This document shows, one piece after another, positions 34,487-48,400 of a DNA stretch of 57,884 nucleotides (positions within the stretch are counted from its first letter, which is position 1; each line of letters opens with the position of its first letter). Both the position numbers and the translations under genes were made by a program. A model generated the notes under the pieces. The model saw only the letters and a program-made list of their open reading frames with translations. It was not told the origin of the DNA and searched no databases. This stretch comes from Vairimorpha necatrix (lineage: Eukaryota): the NCBI GenBank assembly GCA_036630325.1, contig CP142730.1, forward strand, positions 1,240,001 to 1,297,884, given 5' to 3'.

Positions 34487-34801
34487 CAGCCCGTGTTTTT
34501 TTTTCACTGTTAATGTAATTTTTTTTATGTTATGCTCATGATCTTATTTATCAGCTAATGATTATTATACAATTTCATACTTCGGAAATTTGAGTATACA
34601 TCTGTATTCCAACTTTTCAACTTCTCGCGACACGTGGGATGCGCAAGCGCTATAAGGTCTTGTCCATTGAAGTTGGTATAACTAACGGTACTCAAATTTC
34701 TGAAGTATATAATTCGTATCATCATCTTCAGCTGATAAAAAAGAATATAAACATAAAATATTGAGTTTATTACACTAGCAGAAAAAAAATTGACTGGGCT
34801 G
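34487..34801. mobile_element. Foldback/MITE-like long imperfect palindrome
   Basis: CAGCCC...TTATCAGCT...ATACTTCGGAAATTTGAGTA...CCAACTT is mirrored by AAGTTGG...TACTCAAATTTCTGAAGTAT...AGCTGATAA...GGGCTG. Confidence 0.7.
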
Positions 34802-35435
34802 GATTATAAATTATATAATACTTATTTTTATAATACTATATATTTTTAAAACTTCATTGTCATTCCAAACTTGTCTTATCTCTTTATTGCACCAATCCAA
34901 TCTTTGATTTATCATTGCCCCTCAACAAAAAAATTTTATTTAATATTTTAGGAGGGAAATTTAAAATAAACAAAATATAGAAAAGAGCGTAGATTTTGAA
35001 TTTAAAGGATTTAATAGCAAAAATAAAACAACTTTTTGTTATAAATTAATTAAAAATATACAATCAAAAACTAAACAAATATGTTAATTACTCTTTATTC
35101 AATGATCTTTATTTGAAATTTATTATTAATTTTTCTTTGTCTACAGAGTAACAACTCAATTAAAAAGATGACCAGATAATATTTTTTGAAATTTAATACG
35201 GCTTTTAAATTTTTATAATTCTCTTGACATTTTTGAAGAAATTCAAAATTTAATTAAATTTTTACTAAAAATCAAACGTAATGTCAAAATAAAATATTTT
35301 TTCCAAAATAATTTTAAAGTTGTAAAATTTTAAAAGTTTAGGAATTCATTATTTCTAAACTATATTATTATTGTGTACATATATATTAATATTTTAAAAT
35401 CTTATTTGCATTCTGCAGAAATTTAAACATTTCTG

Positions 35436-35740
35436 GAAGCATACATTCAGTCTAATGTGATGAAGAAAACTCCAGAGTCCATCTCTTTGGAACGACGAAC
35501 AAGATACGATAAAGATTATGCAGAAGAAGAAGAAGTGGGTAGAGCTGTAAGCGCACTAGCGAATATGGCGACTGTTGAACAAGCGATGTCGGTATAGGAG
35601 AATGAAGCTCAAAATTTGGAGTTGAAAAACATAAATAATTCCACATAAATCAAAGTCTATGAAGAGCCGAATCTAGTATCGATACCGAGGGAAACTGTGC
35701 TAATCTAACCTAAATGATAAATTAACTCAATAAATCTTTT
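35436..35740 (+). mobile_element. 3' fragment of the RLE LINE family seen at 19335-19975
   Basis: Colinear with about 19659-19965 (GAAGCATA..CAGTCTA.TGTGATGAAGAA...AGAGTCCATCTCTTTGGAAC...AGAGCTGTAAGCGCA.TAGCGAATATGGCGACTGTT). Confidence 0.85.
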
Positions 35741-35743
35741 ATA

Positions 35744-36870
35744 TGTTGTCAACACTAAACACAAACATTGGCGTACTTACGAATGTAGTAACGACCATGC
35801 AACTTTCGTTTGATTGTGTGACCCAACTTGACATGCCTTTCAAAACGGTTGACATATTTTTGACATCTGTCCATGTGTTGTAGTAATGTACATCACAGTA
35901 TCTAAGAAAAACAAAATCTCAATAAAGAATATTAGTTAAATCACATAAATATGTTTTTATAATTTTGTATTCGAAATTATTAAAAGAATGTAGTTCATAT
36001 ATAGTTGTAGCAGATCAAATACATATTAAACATATTCTTACAAATGACAGTTTTAACTTGTTGAAAAAATTATTTAAAAAAATTTACTTTAGAGGGTATG
36101 GAAAATATAAATAACAAAATTGCCAGATATAATAGAGAAATTGAAATAGATGCCAGTATATCATAAAATTTGCGATCACATATGAAAGTTTTTTGTATAT
36201 AATATAGGATATATACTCGTTTTTGCCGTGTAAAATGTATATTATTTTTTAGTATAACATGTATATATATTAGAAATGTATATTCGGATCGAAGAAAATC
36301 TTATATAATTTTATTTTATATAAGAAAGCATAAACCAATATTGTAAATTATTCTATTATTTGGTAAAATCGCTTAATGATCTTTCAATCTGACTGATATG
36401 AAATGTTTCTTTATGCATAGAAAAAATCAAAAATTAAAGGAAGTTGAAAATATAATTGGTTTTCTTAAAGGATAACAAAATTTTAAATAAGTGTGCTTGG
36501 CAGAATAATTGCACCTTGATTTGTGATATCGAAGGTCCAAGGTTCGATTCCCGATGGCAATAAAATTAAAATTTATTTTCGCTGTGTAGAAATAGATGCT
36601 GTTGCATACAGACGTCACTAAATATAATATTTCAAAATTGATAGACTAAACAAATATTATGAAAAGTATCTCTTGTAATGAATTGTGTGATGTACATTGC
36701 TACATCACATGAACAGATGTCAAATATGTCATCTGTCACTGATGTCCAAAGACATGTCAAGCATTTCAAGTTACATGTCAAGATGAGTCACACAAACAAA
36801 CAAACGAAAGTTGCATGGTCGTTACTACATTCGTAAGTACGCCAATGTTTGTAGGTTAGTGTTGACAACA
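35744..36870. mobile_element. Non-autonomous DNA transposon with about 150-bp TIRs
   Basis: Termini TGTTGTCAACACTAA / TTAGTGTTGACAACA. Perfect inverted core ACAAACATTGGCGTACTTACGAATGTAGTAACGACCATGCAACTTTCGTTTG. The inverted match extends to about 35897 and 36686. The flanks share ATCTTT. Confidence 0.88.
36487..36559 (+). pseudogene. tRNA-His(GTG)-like pseudogene
   Basis: Anticodon arm TTGAT-TTGTGAT-ATCGA, variable loop AGGTC, B-box GGTTCGATTCC and 3' ATGGCA. The T-stem and acceptor stem do not pair properly. Confidence 0.55.
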
Positions 36871-37589
36871 ATCTTTAAATTAAAAATAAACTATAAAAGA
36901 AATATGGCTGAGAAGGGTACGCGGATATGATGAAAGAAGATTCATTAAATAATCAGAACAAAGATTATAATAAACAAAATAAAACTATTAATATAAAAAA
37001 CTATTTAGAAAAATACTATAAGGATGGCCATGTACCCCGGATACATGACAAATTGATCATTAATTTCTTAAATATATTCACAATTCGAATTCTGATTACG
37101 TATAATTTGTTCTTCTGTGTTTCAAAATACCATAGCTGTATATATTATAGGGATCTAAAAGCCAATTATGGCACTCTTGATGTAGAAATTTATGAAGTTT
37201 GTTTTTATACAAACAAGATATAGTATTAGATGGAGATCTGTTCAATTATTCATTAATGACAAAGAAGTTTAATGAGTTTGCTTTTAGTGTTCTGTGTGAG
37301 AGAAAGACACATCTTAGATCTAGATGATTTATTTATATAATATCGACACTAGATTAAAATGATAAATCTACACTGAGTTTTTAAAATCTTCATTTTAATA
37401 TATTTATTGATTTAATGAGCGATAGAGGCTTGTATATAAAAAAATTCTTACTAAATCAAATCTAAATGGTTACGTCGGAGATAGTGAAGCGCAAGTATTC
37501 GGTAATAGTTAAGTGAGTAGAAATACCCTATATCAATTGGATAATTAACTCTCTTTCTTTTGAGTTCATGTATAATATTTCATCTTCTC

Positions 37590-38080
37590 TTCTACTCGCC
37601 AAGAATATGAAATTTTAAAGTAAATATATAGGCTATAAGTCGAAATTTTGTTTTTGAACTTCCAAATTTTTAATATTCCAAGGATGACAAGAATATATAT
37701 TTAAACAACAAGAATAAGAATAAAATCATGAAAAAATAAATTTTCTGAAATGACATAATTTTGATTTTATTTTTTCATTGATGAAAAGAATATATACACA
37801 TTTATAGAAAAAAAAAGTTGATAAAAATCATGAAAAAATATTTGTCTAAATTGCAATAATTTCTAATTTTAGAGTTTTAAAATTTTCATTTTATAATGAA
37901 GAAAATTCTATATACATATATATATACAATAAGACAGAAAAGAAAATCATGAAAAAATAATTAGTCTAAAATGTCATAATTTTGAATTTTAGAGATTTAA
38001 ATTTTAGATTTTTCAGAGATGACAAGTATATATAAAAATGTAAAAAGAAAAGAAGAAAATCATGATAAGTAACTGAGGAA
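37590..38080. repeat. Degenerate tandem repeat, about 100-120-bp unit, about 4 copies
   Basis: AAAATCATGAAAAAATA...CT.AA.TG.CATAATTT recurs near 37723, 37825, 37944 and 38057. Confidence 0.75.
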
Positions 38081-41000
38081 ATTAATCACCTCAAAATAAT
38101 TCATTACAAAAGAACTTAGATATATCACGAAGGCTTAAAGTAATTATTCTTGACATTTTAAACGACTAACTAATTATTAATAAGAGATGTATTTGTATAT
38201 GTATATATATTTAAGAAGAGATAATAATATCGACAAGACGAAAATAATCTATTATTAAAATTCAGAATAAACAGTATTGTAAGTACAAAACTTCAAAATC
38301 AGACATAATATTCTTTACGATTGAAAAATTATAATTATATCTATCGCTTGCAAACAAAGTAAAGTTAGTATATATACTAGAGAAAATAAATAATTAGTTT
38401 AATCGTTTATTCAACAAACACTGTTAAATACATTGTTTTGGAAATATATATATCTATATAATCGACTATGATGATCTAAGAAATTTTTATTTCGAACAGA
38501 TTCTATATCAATACTACAGAATTGTTAAACTATTTGTGACGAGTCATTTGCATACTAAGACGTTCTTTCCAAAGGAATAGCTATTATTTCCAAGTATATT
38601 GAAAGACAATAACAATGATTGACTTTAGATGGCAAAATGAGCAGGTATATATCTGTAATGTTGACATATAAAGATTTATATAACAAATGTTTCTTGTGTT
38701 TTAAATATCTCCAATTAGTCATTAGCATTTTACTTAAACAAGACACTTTTAGGGAAAGACTGGGAAAGATTAAACATTAAGGATCGAAAAGCGCAGAAAA
38801 AATTAACTTATTAAACAAAACAACAATATTCCTTTTTTAAGGCGTAAATCAACGTCGAAGTCTATATATAAAATAAAATAAAAATTATATGATACTAGAA
38901 ATTCAAAATGCCAACAAAACTAATAAATTTTTACTGAGTTATGTGTAGATATAATAAATATGGCAAGTGCTTAATATAAATATACTAAGAAATAAAAATC
39001 ATATTAATAAGTTCATATTTATTGCAACAATCATATGTATCTATGTATAAAAGAATGAAATACCCCAGAATCAATTACATCATATATTTTATTCTTACAG
39101 ACTAAACATAATGAACAATAGTGTTTTTAATGATATATAATAAGAAGTTATGTTTGTTTCTGAGTTATGAACAATATCGATTAATTAATAAAAAAAAATA
39201 TTTCATATGTAAAAAGAGTAAACAAATTATATTAAAGAACCCAATCGATGAAAATTAAGTATTGTAAACAACCAAACTATTGTTCTTTTTGTCAAGATAA
39301 TGGCTAAAAACCTAAAAAAAATAAAAGACAATTTAAAAAAGAAAATTTACGTTTCATTTATCCTCTAAGAATAGAAAGTCAATGTGAATATACTATTAAC
39401 AATATTCTATAGGACTGATATAGTAATTTTGACTTACAAAACCAAAAATAGAAGAGAAATAATCAGTTATGTAAGATAGTAAATGAACAAAAGTTGAAAA
39501 ATAAAGGAAATATACAGTGGAAATGACGAGAATATAATTATTTGTGATTTTGATTAAAAAAAATCATTTTTTTACAACATGTATACAATAGAGTAATAAC
39601 AATCCGCAATTTAATATTTGATATGTTTAGATTTCATTACGTTAACATTTTATTGTGAAATTATATAATCTTAACAATGAAAATTTTATATTTTATGATA
39701 CTATATTTTTTGAATATTCCAGAGATAAAAGTATTTTTCATAAGATGGGGTGAATGATCATTTAAATATAACCTTTCTAAAAAAACAATTAAATTGATAT
39801 ATTTTTGACTTACATCCCCTAATAGATATACTTTCTGTTTGCAAATAATTAGACTATCTAAATCATACATATTTCAAATAGAGAAGAGGACGATATATAC
39901 AATATAAAAGGAAACAAATAAAAAGATTACAGATCTAAAAATAGTTATAAAACTGTACACTAAATCGAATTTATTCGTTCACATTAGATATTATACCATG
40001 GAATTAATAATTGCAGACATAAATTTTGACTACATCTTCCTGGGATTGATTTGGTTGCAAATTAAATTTTTATAAAAAATGCACATATTTTAATTCTGTT
40101 CCATATAAAAAAGTAAAAGAACATTATAATTACATTATAAGTCACTTTAAAAATATTTTGACACAAAATAAAGTATGCAGGAAACAAAAATTCGTTTCGT
40201 CCTTATTTCTAATTTCTAAAACAAAATTCCGTACACAATTTTAATTTGGCAGAAAAACAAATCCCTAGATGAAAGATTATCGAAATATCGTTTCTTACAA
40301 AAACAATTTTGATGTTAAGTTCAAGCCAATTATAATATTAAGGGCGAAATATATATATATATGCGAGAAATTAATATTTACAAAATAAAAGAATCAATTT
40401 CTTTAAAGAAACAGTCCAATTTTTATTTTAGATGAATCAATAGCTTACATTCCTCGTATTAAGAACAAGAATCAAATATAGCGACTTTAAAATAGTAATA
40501 CTGTCATTGTTTTTTTTTGTTCCTTAAATCCGAACCTAATCCTCTATCGTATAACAAAACATAAGGTTAAACATTTAATAATCTTTAAATATTTTTAGAT
40601 TGGAATGGATCTGTTTCTTTAATAGAGATATATTGTTTTAATAAATCTCAGTTGTAGATAAAATCTAGACAAGAAATAAATATGAAAATTACCTTATAAA
40701 ACCTAGATGAAATACGCTTAATACGTACAATTAATGTCGAATTAATATAATCAACTTGTTATAAGTTTAGATTATTATGTTAAGCTGCATGATTCAATGT
40801 ATCTGTGTAAATTAAAAATAAGATAAATTCTTAGTTAAAAAATACATTATGTTAAATTTAATAATTCAAGTATTTATATTTTTTAATTATTATTTGAAAA
40901 TGACAAGAAACGTATCCACAATAAAAATATAATACTAGTATCAAAATGATGCAAATCTAACACACTCGTAAAAATCAAAAACAACTTGCATTATAGACAT

Positions 41001-42618
41001 AAAACTATCTATGTAGAAATTTTTAAGATGATAAATTTGAAAATAAAACTTGCATCAGCAATATATATAGAGTGGATAAAAAATATTATGTTTAAAACAA
41101 AATAACAAACCTTTTTTGATACAATTTTATAATCAATAGTGTAATATAAGGAAAATTTACATATAGAGTATTAATAAACTGAAAACGAATGTTCTATATT
41201 TAAATTAGAGATGTGTATTGTATAAAAAATAATAAGTAATTGTGTATAAAGAAGCTTTTAATATTAAATTTTAAAATTATATTTTTTGTAGTAGACACTG
41301 AATATGTAGAACAATTTGAAAATATTTATGAGATATAAAATAAATATCCAATCCTTTATCTTTAAGATTAACGTCGCTAGAAAAAAACATTGTAACTAAG
41401 CCTTTTCCATAATGACAATTAAGATTTACTTTTTTTGAAAAAACTTTTTTGTTCCCCGCACGACAAAGTTCTTTTTGATAATTATAAAAAAGTTTTATGT
41501 AACAATGAGCTTTAAAAAATGAAAAAATGGAACTTTACTATAAATGAACAACTTCACTTACAACTAGAAATAAAATTGATGTTTACATCGACCGTGTTTT
41601 CAAAAAAGGCAAGTTTTTTAAAAAAACATTACTGATGCAGTGTTTAATGGAATTTGTAAATTGGAGAATTAACGACTAGAAGAATTTATCTAGGAGCATC
41701 TTCTTTTATTTTATTACGATTCTATATCTTCATTTGACAAAATTCGAATAACTGGTGGTCAAAGAAGTTCGTAGAAAGCAGGATCGAATTTTAGTAATGT
41801 TAGAAGTCGCGTAAAAGATTCGTGTAATGATAAGTGACATTCGTGTAAATTATGTGCATGGTTTTGCAATTTAGAATTTATTTAAATCCTAGTTTTTTAT
41901 CAGCAGTGAATCTTGACGATGTAATATAAAGATAGATAAAAACATATGTTCTGAAACGAAAAAATTATACAATATGTACTTTCTGTAGTTTGTATGAGAA
42001 TTCAAATCGGTATTTATCAATAAACTCTATACACGAAACGTATGAGAACAAATTCATTGTTAACAAAATTCTAAGTAATAGTTTTCTCTTTTCTTACATG
42101 GGTAAAATAAAAATTAGGAAGAGAGTAATATTATGAGAAAAGAAGGTAATGTCTAGAAATATTATCATATGAAGGTTCATTAACAATTACGAAAAATTTA
42201 TAACAATCGAAAAGCGAAATTATTAGATAAGAAATTTAGCATATAATAAAATTTGAAAGTTTGTGCATACGGTAATTGATTGCAATTACATATCTGCCAT
42301 ATAAAGTATATATTGACACTGATTCAGACAAAGTTTAATATCAGCTTTAAAAGTCTTTATTAGTAAACATTCAACTTTAGATAATATAATAGTAATAAAA
42401 AGATAGTGTATTATCATATAAACTGTTTACAGTTATAATTAAGATGAATCAGTAGAACAAAATATTTTAAATGTAAAGTCATAAATAATTAGAACATTAT
42501 ATTAACCATATTAAAGACTTTCATTCTATTATAATGAATAATTAAATGAGTTTAATAAAATAAAATATTATAAAAACGTATATATGATATAAATTTCTAT
42601 AAATAAATAAGAATGATT

Positions 42619-42626
<8 letters not shown>

Positions 42627-42659
<33 letters not shown>
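42627..42659. repeat. (TA)n microsatellite
   Basis: Uninterrupted TA run. Shorter runs occur near 24000 and 50100. Confidence 0.9.
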
Positions 42660-42662
<3 letters not shown>

Positions 42663-43154
42663 TAAAAATCTAGAATATAGTATAAAAAAAATATATTTAG
42701 AAAATACATGTTGGCCATGTAAAAGAAGGTGTGTAGTAATTTGGTAGTCCGTAATGAATTTTGCTTTTTTAAGAGAATAAAATAATTTTGAAAACGGATT
42801 ATATTACAATAAATACTAAATGAAGGATAAATCATCAGATCAAGCCTTGTAGAATTCTAATATTTTTTATCAATGTAAGGTTCAATTAAATCTTGTCTAT
42901 TATATTTAATGAAACTAATCTTTTTGTAATATTTAATTTATATATTTTGGGATTTGAAATTATCTTCATTTAAGGAAAATATTTTAAATATTTTATGATT
43001 AAACAAAAATGATATATTAAAAATTAAATAAGATAGTTTATAGAGTATAATAAAGAAGATATATATACATTTAGATAAAAAATATAATATAATATTAATA
43101 TTGTTTTTTTATATAAAATAAAAAATAGGTTAAATTATCAAATACTCTAAGAAA

Positions 43155-43345
43155 GTAGAAGCGTACATCAAGATGATGAACAGAAGACAAACTAAAGCAT
43201 TCCAATAGAATACAAAAGAGGTGTGTTGGTTCCGATTTAAAAAGGACTAAGAGTCGATAAGCTGCCCACAAACAGGAGACGCTAACGCGGAACCTATTCA
43301 GAATATACTACAAATATAAAACGCCAATAGCATATCCCGTTATAA
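43155..43345 (+). mobile_element. Short 3'-end fragment of a probable RLE LINE (second subfamily)
   Basis: EAYI...SIPIEYKRG remnants resemble the EA.IQ...SISLELRRG end at 19660-19728. The 25-mer at 43273-43297 is shared with 33190. Confidence 0.6.
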
Positions 43346-43482
43346 TTCATTTTTTCTTCTAAAAAAATTATAGTAATTATGTTGTATTTATTTGTAAAGA
43401 TTGTTTAAATATATTATAACAATGGAATTTATTACGTTATTTTCTGAAATAAACTATATTATTTCCATATTAAATATGATTT

Positions 43483-45458
43483 TGTGGTATTATTTACCAC
43501 ATTATTATATTTTCCCTCTAATTGAATTTTCTTGAATTTATTTTTCTAAAAATATTTTCTTTTTATTTTTACCCTTACCAAAATATGTCAAGAAGAACAG
43601 AGGAGTCTAGAAATCAGCAGTATCAATCACTGCATCCCCAGAATAGGAATATAAAGCCCAAGAAGGCAGATTTAATTTTACAACTTTAATTATAATAAAA
43701 CTTTAATACTGGCAGAAGCATTATAGAATGATATCTGAGGAGCAGCCATCTCCCGGGTAATACCTCAATGAGCTCATTAGTATTAGAAAAAAGTAATAAT
43801 ACTTGAAACAAAATGATGATAAAGCATATACCACATTTGATAAAACCATAGATGGAATTACAATAGTGGTTAAAGAAAAAATTGAAAAATGTAAAACGAG
43901 ACTGCACCATAAAGCATCTCGAGTTGTTTGAAGAGATAGGAACGGTCAATAAATGGACTTATGAGCAGATGGGACTCATCTACCATTCTTTGTTAAATAT
44001 TCTAAGGTGAAAGATAAGCTAAATAAAAAAGCTTCAAAACACAAAAAAAAAAGAACTACTAGAATTTAGATATCCAAAAATGATGTAGCTTTATTATTAA
44101 CAGAGATGGAAACTGTAAAACAGGTAAATTATAGACGTATAGCAGATTACTATGAGAAAATAGAGTCGATGATTGAAATATACGGACTATCTATGAACCT
44201 ATCGAAAAAGGAATCTGATGTTAGATTGAAACAGATTTTTGAGAGAGGATTAGGCAGATCAACTGCCATTGAAGTTATAAAAATAGGAATGAAAAACAAG
44301 GGAATGAACGAGCTATTAAAATATTCACAAGATCTGGAAGAAATGATTATTTTACAGGCTAAACTGAAAGGGACACGAATATCTCAATTAATATCTAAGA
44401 AAGAGAATTATGAAAGACCTTAAGAAACAGGAAGATACTTTAATAGTGATAAGTGGTGCTCTATACATCGAGCAAGATCACATGACACACGAGATTGTCG
44501 TCTACGAAAACCAAAAGAAAACGATAGAGAAATAAAAAAAGAAGGAAAATCGTTAATGATAAAAAAAATTCCTAACGATGAATTGGATGAAAAACATAAA
44601 AAAACCGACTGCCTATTAATTCAGAAACAAAAAGAAAATAAAATCATCAATAAACAGAAATGTCCAAATGAAAGAATAAATAATGTAGATAATCGTATTA
44701 AAAGGAATTTGAATAAAAAATAGACAATCTTCCAGCTAAAGTCTTAACTAATATAGTTGTTTTTTGAAAAGGACAGGGAATACGATACCATCAGATGATA
44801 TATATTCAAGAATTATTAAAATAAATAACAAAGAAAGAAGCAAGCCTCTTAATAAAATTAAAGATAACCATTAACAGGTAAAAGATTTGGCAACATCTAA
44901 ATATGATAGTTAGGAGAATAAACTATATTAACTCTTTGAACTTTCAGAAAACATTGCCTCAAAAAAAAAATTCCGCAGATGCCATTTAGCATATGTAGAT
45001 ATGGAGTAAACGGTGAATTTGAGAAGCTCAAATATGATAAGTTGACTTCAATTCTTGATTTGAGGTTTAAAATATCCAACCCAGCTATTACTAGGAAACG
45101 GCGGAAAGAACTATTTATTGATTTCGGAGGAATCCGTATTCTAATTTGCTGACCCTTTAGAGGAGGTAGTATGTGGTATTATTTACCACATTATTATATT
45201 TTCCCTCTATAAGAATTTTCTAGAATTTATTTTTCTATAAATATTTTCTTTTTATTTTTACCCCCACCAAAATATGTCAAGAAGAACAGAGGAGTCTAAA
45301 AATCAGCAGTATCAATCAATGCATCCCCAGAAGAGGGAAGATAAAGCCCAAAGAGGCAGATTTAATAATACAACTTGCATTATAATAAAACTTTAATACC
45401 CGGGAGAAGCATTATAGAATGCTATCTGAGGAATGGCCAACTCCCGGGTAATACCTAA
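43483..45458 (+). mobile_element. Non-autonomous gag-only LTR element with about 285-bp LTRs (family C)
   Basis: Diverged LTRs at 43483-43767 and 45172-45458, both starting TGTGGTATTATTTACCACA. PPT-like AGAGGAGGTAG before the 3' LTR. Flanks GATTT/GAATT. No RT or IN motifs seen inside. Confidence 0.85.
43800..44500 (+). pseudogene. Decayed gag
   Basis: Fragment ORF 44106-44423 (DYYEKIE...FERGL) and a variant knuckle WCSIHRARSHDTRDC at 44454-44498. Confidence 0.65.
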
Positions 45459-48400
45459 GAATTAAACATAAAAACAAGAAATAAATATATGACAAATTAA
45501 TAATTTTTTTTTCTTTAGGGAGTATCTACACATCTTATATCCGGCATGAAGCCTGATCCGAAGTTGAAGTGGTGAGTCTAAATTTACATATTGATTTATA
45601 TTATTTGTTTGTTTTGCTGCTCATCGGAATTTGTGGTCAGGGGTAAATTCCGTTTAAATAGTCAATCAGATTAACTGTCAAACTCTTTGAGATGTAATCA
45701 AACAAACATGAAACCGAAGTTCTACTGAATTAGTAGTACTTCATGTGACATGCACTTGTCTTACTTTTAGTTTTTAATGTCAAACATGTCTAATGTTTAT
45801 TTACAATACTCTTAGACGTTTGACAGTACCAATAATCATTGTATAATTATAAACAAGATTCGTCAGTGCAGGTCTGCAGCCTCACACATCTGAAGAAAAT
45901 ATTAATATTGTTATTTTGAAAATTATTTCTTGCACAATTTAGTACATTTTTTTTAGAGGTTGCCAACGTATGTATCTGTATAATTAATATTTTAAGAAAT
46001 TTAGATTTATTTGTCTTTTCATATGAGTACGTAAGTATATAATTTGCTGTATATAAAATAAGTATTAAACGCATTATGTGCAGAATCGACATAAAAATAA
46101 AAAATTGAAGTAAAGTTAAACATATTAATTCGGCTTTGGACAAATACGTTAATTAAACGCAATATTTACTTCTTTTTGCAAGGTAAAAACATATTTTTCA
46201 AAACAAGTAAATTAGATTCTTTCAAAAAGAAATTAAAACACAATCATTGAGTGATTTAAATACAAGAAATGTCTGACACTATATAACAATCATTTAAGAC
46301 ATATAATTTAGTCTAACAATATATTTGTTGAAAGAATTAGGACATATTTATATACAAGAAATAAGATTATAAATCTATTTAAAATAATTTATGTATATGC
46401 ATTAAAGCATTTAAATTAATGTTAAATATACCAAAACTTGATAAACTAAATACAAAGGTTTTATGGAAGTGTGTAATAACGATTACATCATAAGGACAGT
46501 TTTCAAAGTTTACTCTGTCAAATATTCACCAACAACGTTCCAACACATTAATAATACAACAAAAAATAAATTTTTTTATATGTTTATTTATGCAAAATAA
46601 TTAAACTTTAACTTACGTGGCTAAAAATCATTACAATAAAAATAAAATTTAAAAAAAAAGTTTGTGTATGAAGGGCAAGGAATATCTATGAAGCAAGTAC
46701 ATAATCATAAAGTTATTAATAGTAAAATATTTTTAGTCTTCAAAGTTTTATCTATGAAGAACAGAGAAATAAAGAAAAAATAAGAAGGAACATTTTGGTT
46801 ATCAGAAAAAATATTTTTAAAACGAACTCTACAATCTATCTAAATTTACAACGTAGGTAATAACAAGATAATTTAAATTTGATCTTTCGCTTTTTCATTT
46901 GGTATAAATACGAAAGCAAACAAATAAAATTTCTTTTACGATCAATATAGCACTGTTTTAGAAGTGATACAAATAATATTCATTTATTATAACTAGATAG
47001 TATTGGATTATAAAGAAAAAATATACATATGATTCATACATATTGCTTTGCAAGATAAATACATAAGAATTCAAAATATAGATATACGATCAAGATATTA
47101 ATTGAAATGTAATTTTCTTTTATATTAAAATCTACGCCAAGATAAACAAAAATAAATCCCAATATTGCATATAGTATTAATTAAGTACAATTAACATTGC
47201 ATTTTAGTTTTTTAATTATCTAGAACATATCAGACGATTTTATAAATGAAAATTATACTAAAAAATCAACTATATTATATTTATATATGACCAATATGTA
47301 CACGTTATTAAGTATAATAATTACTAATGGTAAAAAAAGAAAACAAATTTTATATTAAAATTTTCAACGAATTAAGATTGACCTCGTATATTACATTTTT
47401 TTGATTGATAGAATTCTAAAGAAGATTCAGTTATAAAACATTGTAGACTTTTGAAATCGAAGTTGGTAAAAAACAATTGTCACAAATATTAATTTGTTGT
47501 TTACAATCATATTGACCACACAAAATTTGAAATTATGACCAAAAAATTTTTAAAAGTAAAATCATTAATACTAGTATCATAATTATAAAAATAAATTATT
47601 TTATTATTAATTGAAATAAAAAATAAAACAATTCAAATATCTATCGGTTAAATATTTAAGAATTGCTCTTTTGTTGTATATAATACCTTCTAAATCCGTA
47701 AAGTATAATATTTTTATATAATATTTAGATTAAAATTTACGTATGAAGATCGAAATATTATAAAAAAGTTCATTTACGAAAGAAAAAAAAATTTAAAATT
47801 CAATCAACAATTATCGTAAAATTATATAATCATTAGAAAATCATTTATTTAATTATAATTAGAAGAATTGATGAAAATTATTTAAATTAACAATATAAAA
47901 TAAAACCTATTCATTGTAAAATCGTTCAGCAACAGTAAAAAGAATTTTACTTAGAAACGACATTTATGTAATTGATTTTAAAAATCCTAGGGAACCCCTA
48001 CTTAAATATATTTTCCATATTATAATATAATAAGAAATAATAAGTTTATTTTCAATTATGAATAATTAAATAAAAACAATAGATCATACAATTTAATATA
48101 AGGTTGCTGTAAAATGGGTTCGAGATTTTGAAAAAGGCGTCGCATATCTCAAAAAAATAAAACAAAAATAATGAGGGGAGTAGAATAGAAATGCATATAA
48201 ATCCAATACATTTAATAGCAATAAAAAATTAATTATGAAATGCTATATTTATTAAAAAATCTTTTATGCTATAGTTACACGCTAACGGAATATAATTTTC
48301 AAAATTTATATATTTAAGCAGAAAATAATTTAAAGTAATATAAAGAGTAATAACATAATATAAAATGATTAACACTTGCTTAATTTAAATTAAAGAACTT

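Noticed and set aside
36487-36559. Functional tRNA-His gene
   Set aside because: The acceptor and T stems do not pair, so it is kept only as a pseudogene.
36927-37223. 98-aa ORF and other 60-100-aa ORFs in the distal region
   Set aside because: No recognisable motifs, and the composition is as expected for chance ORFs in very AT-rich DNA.
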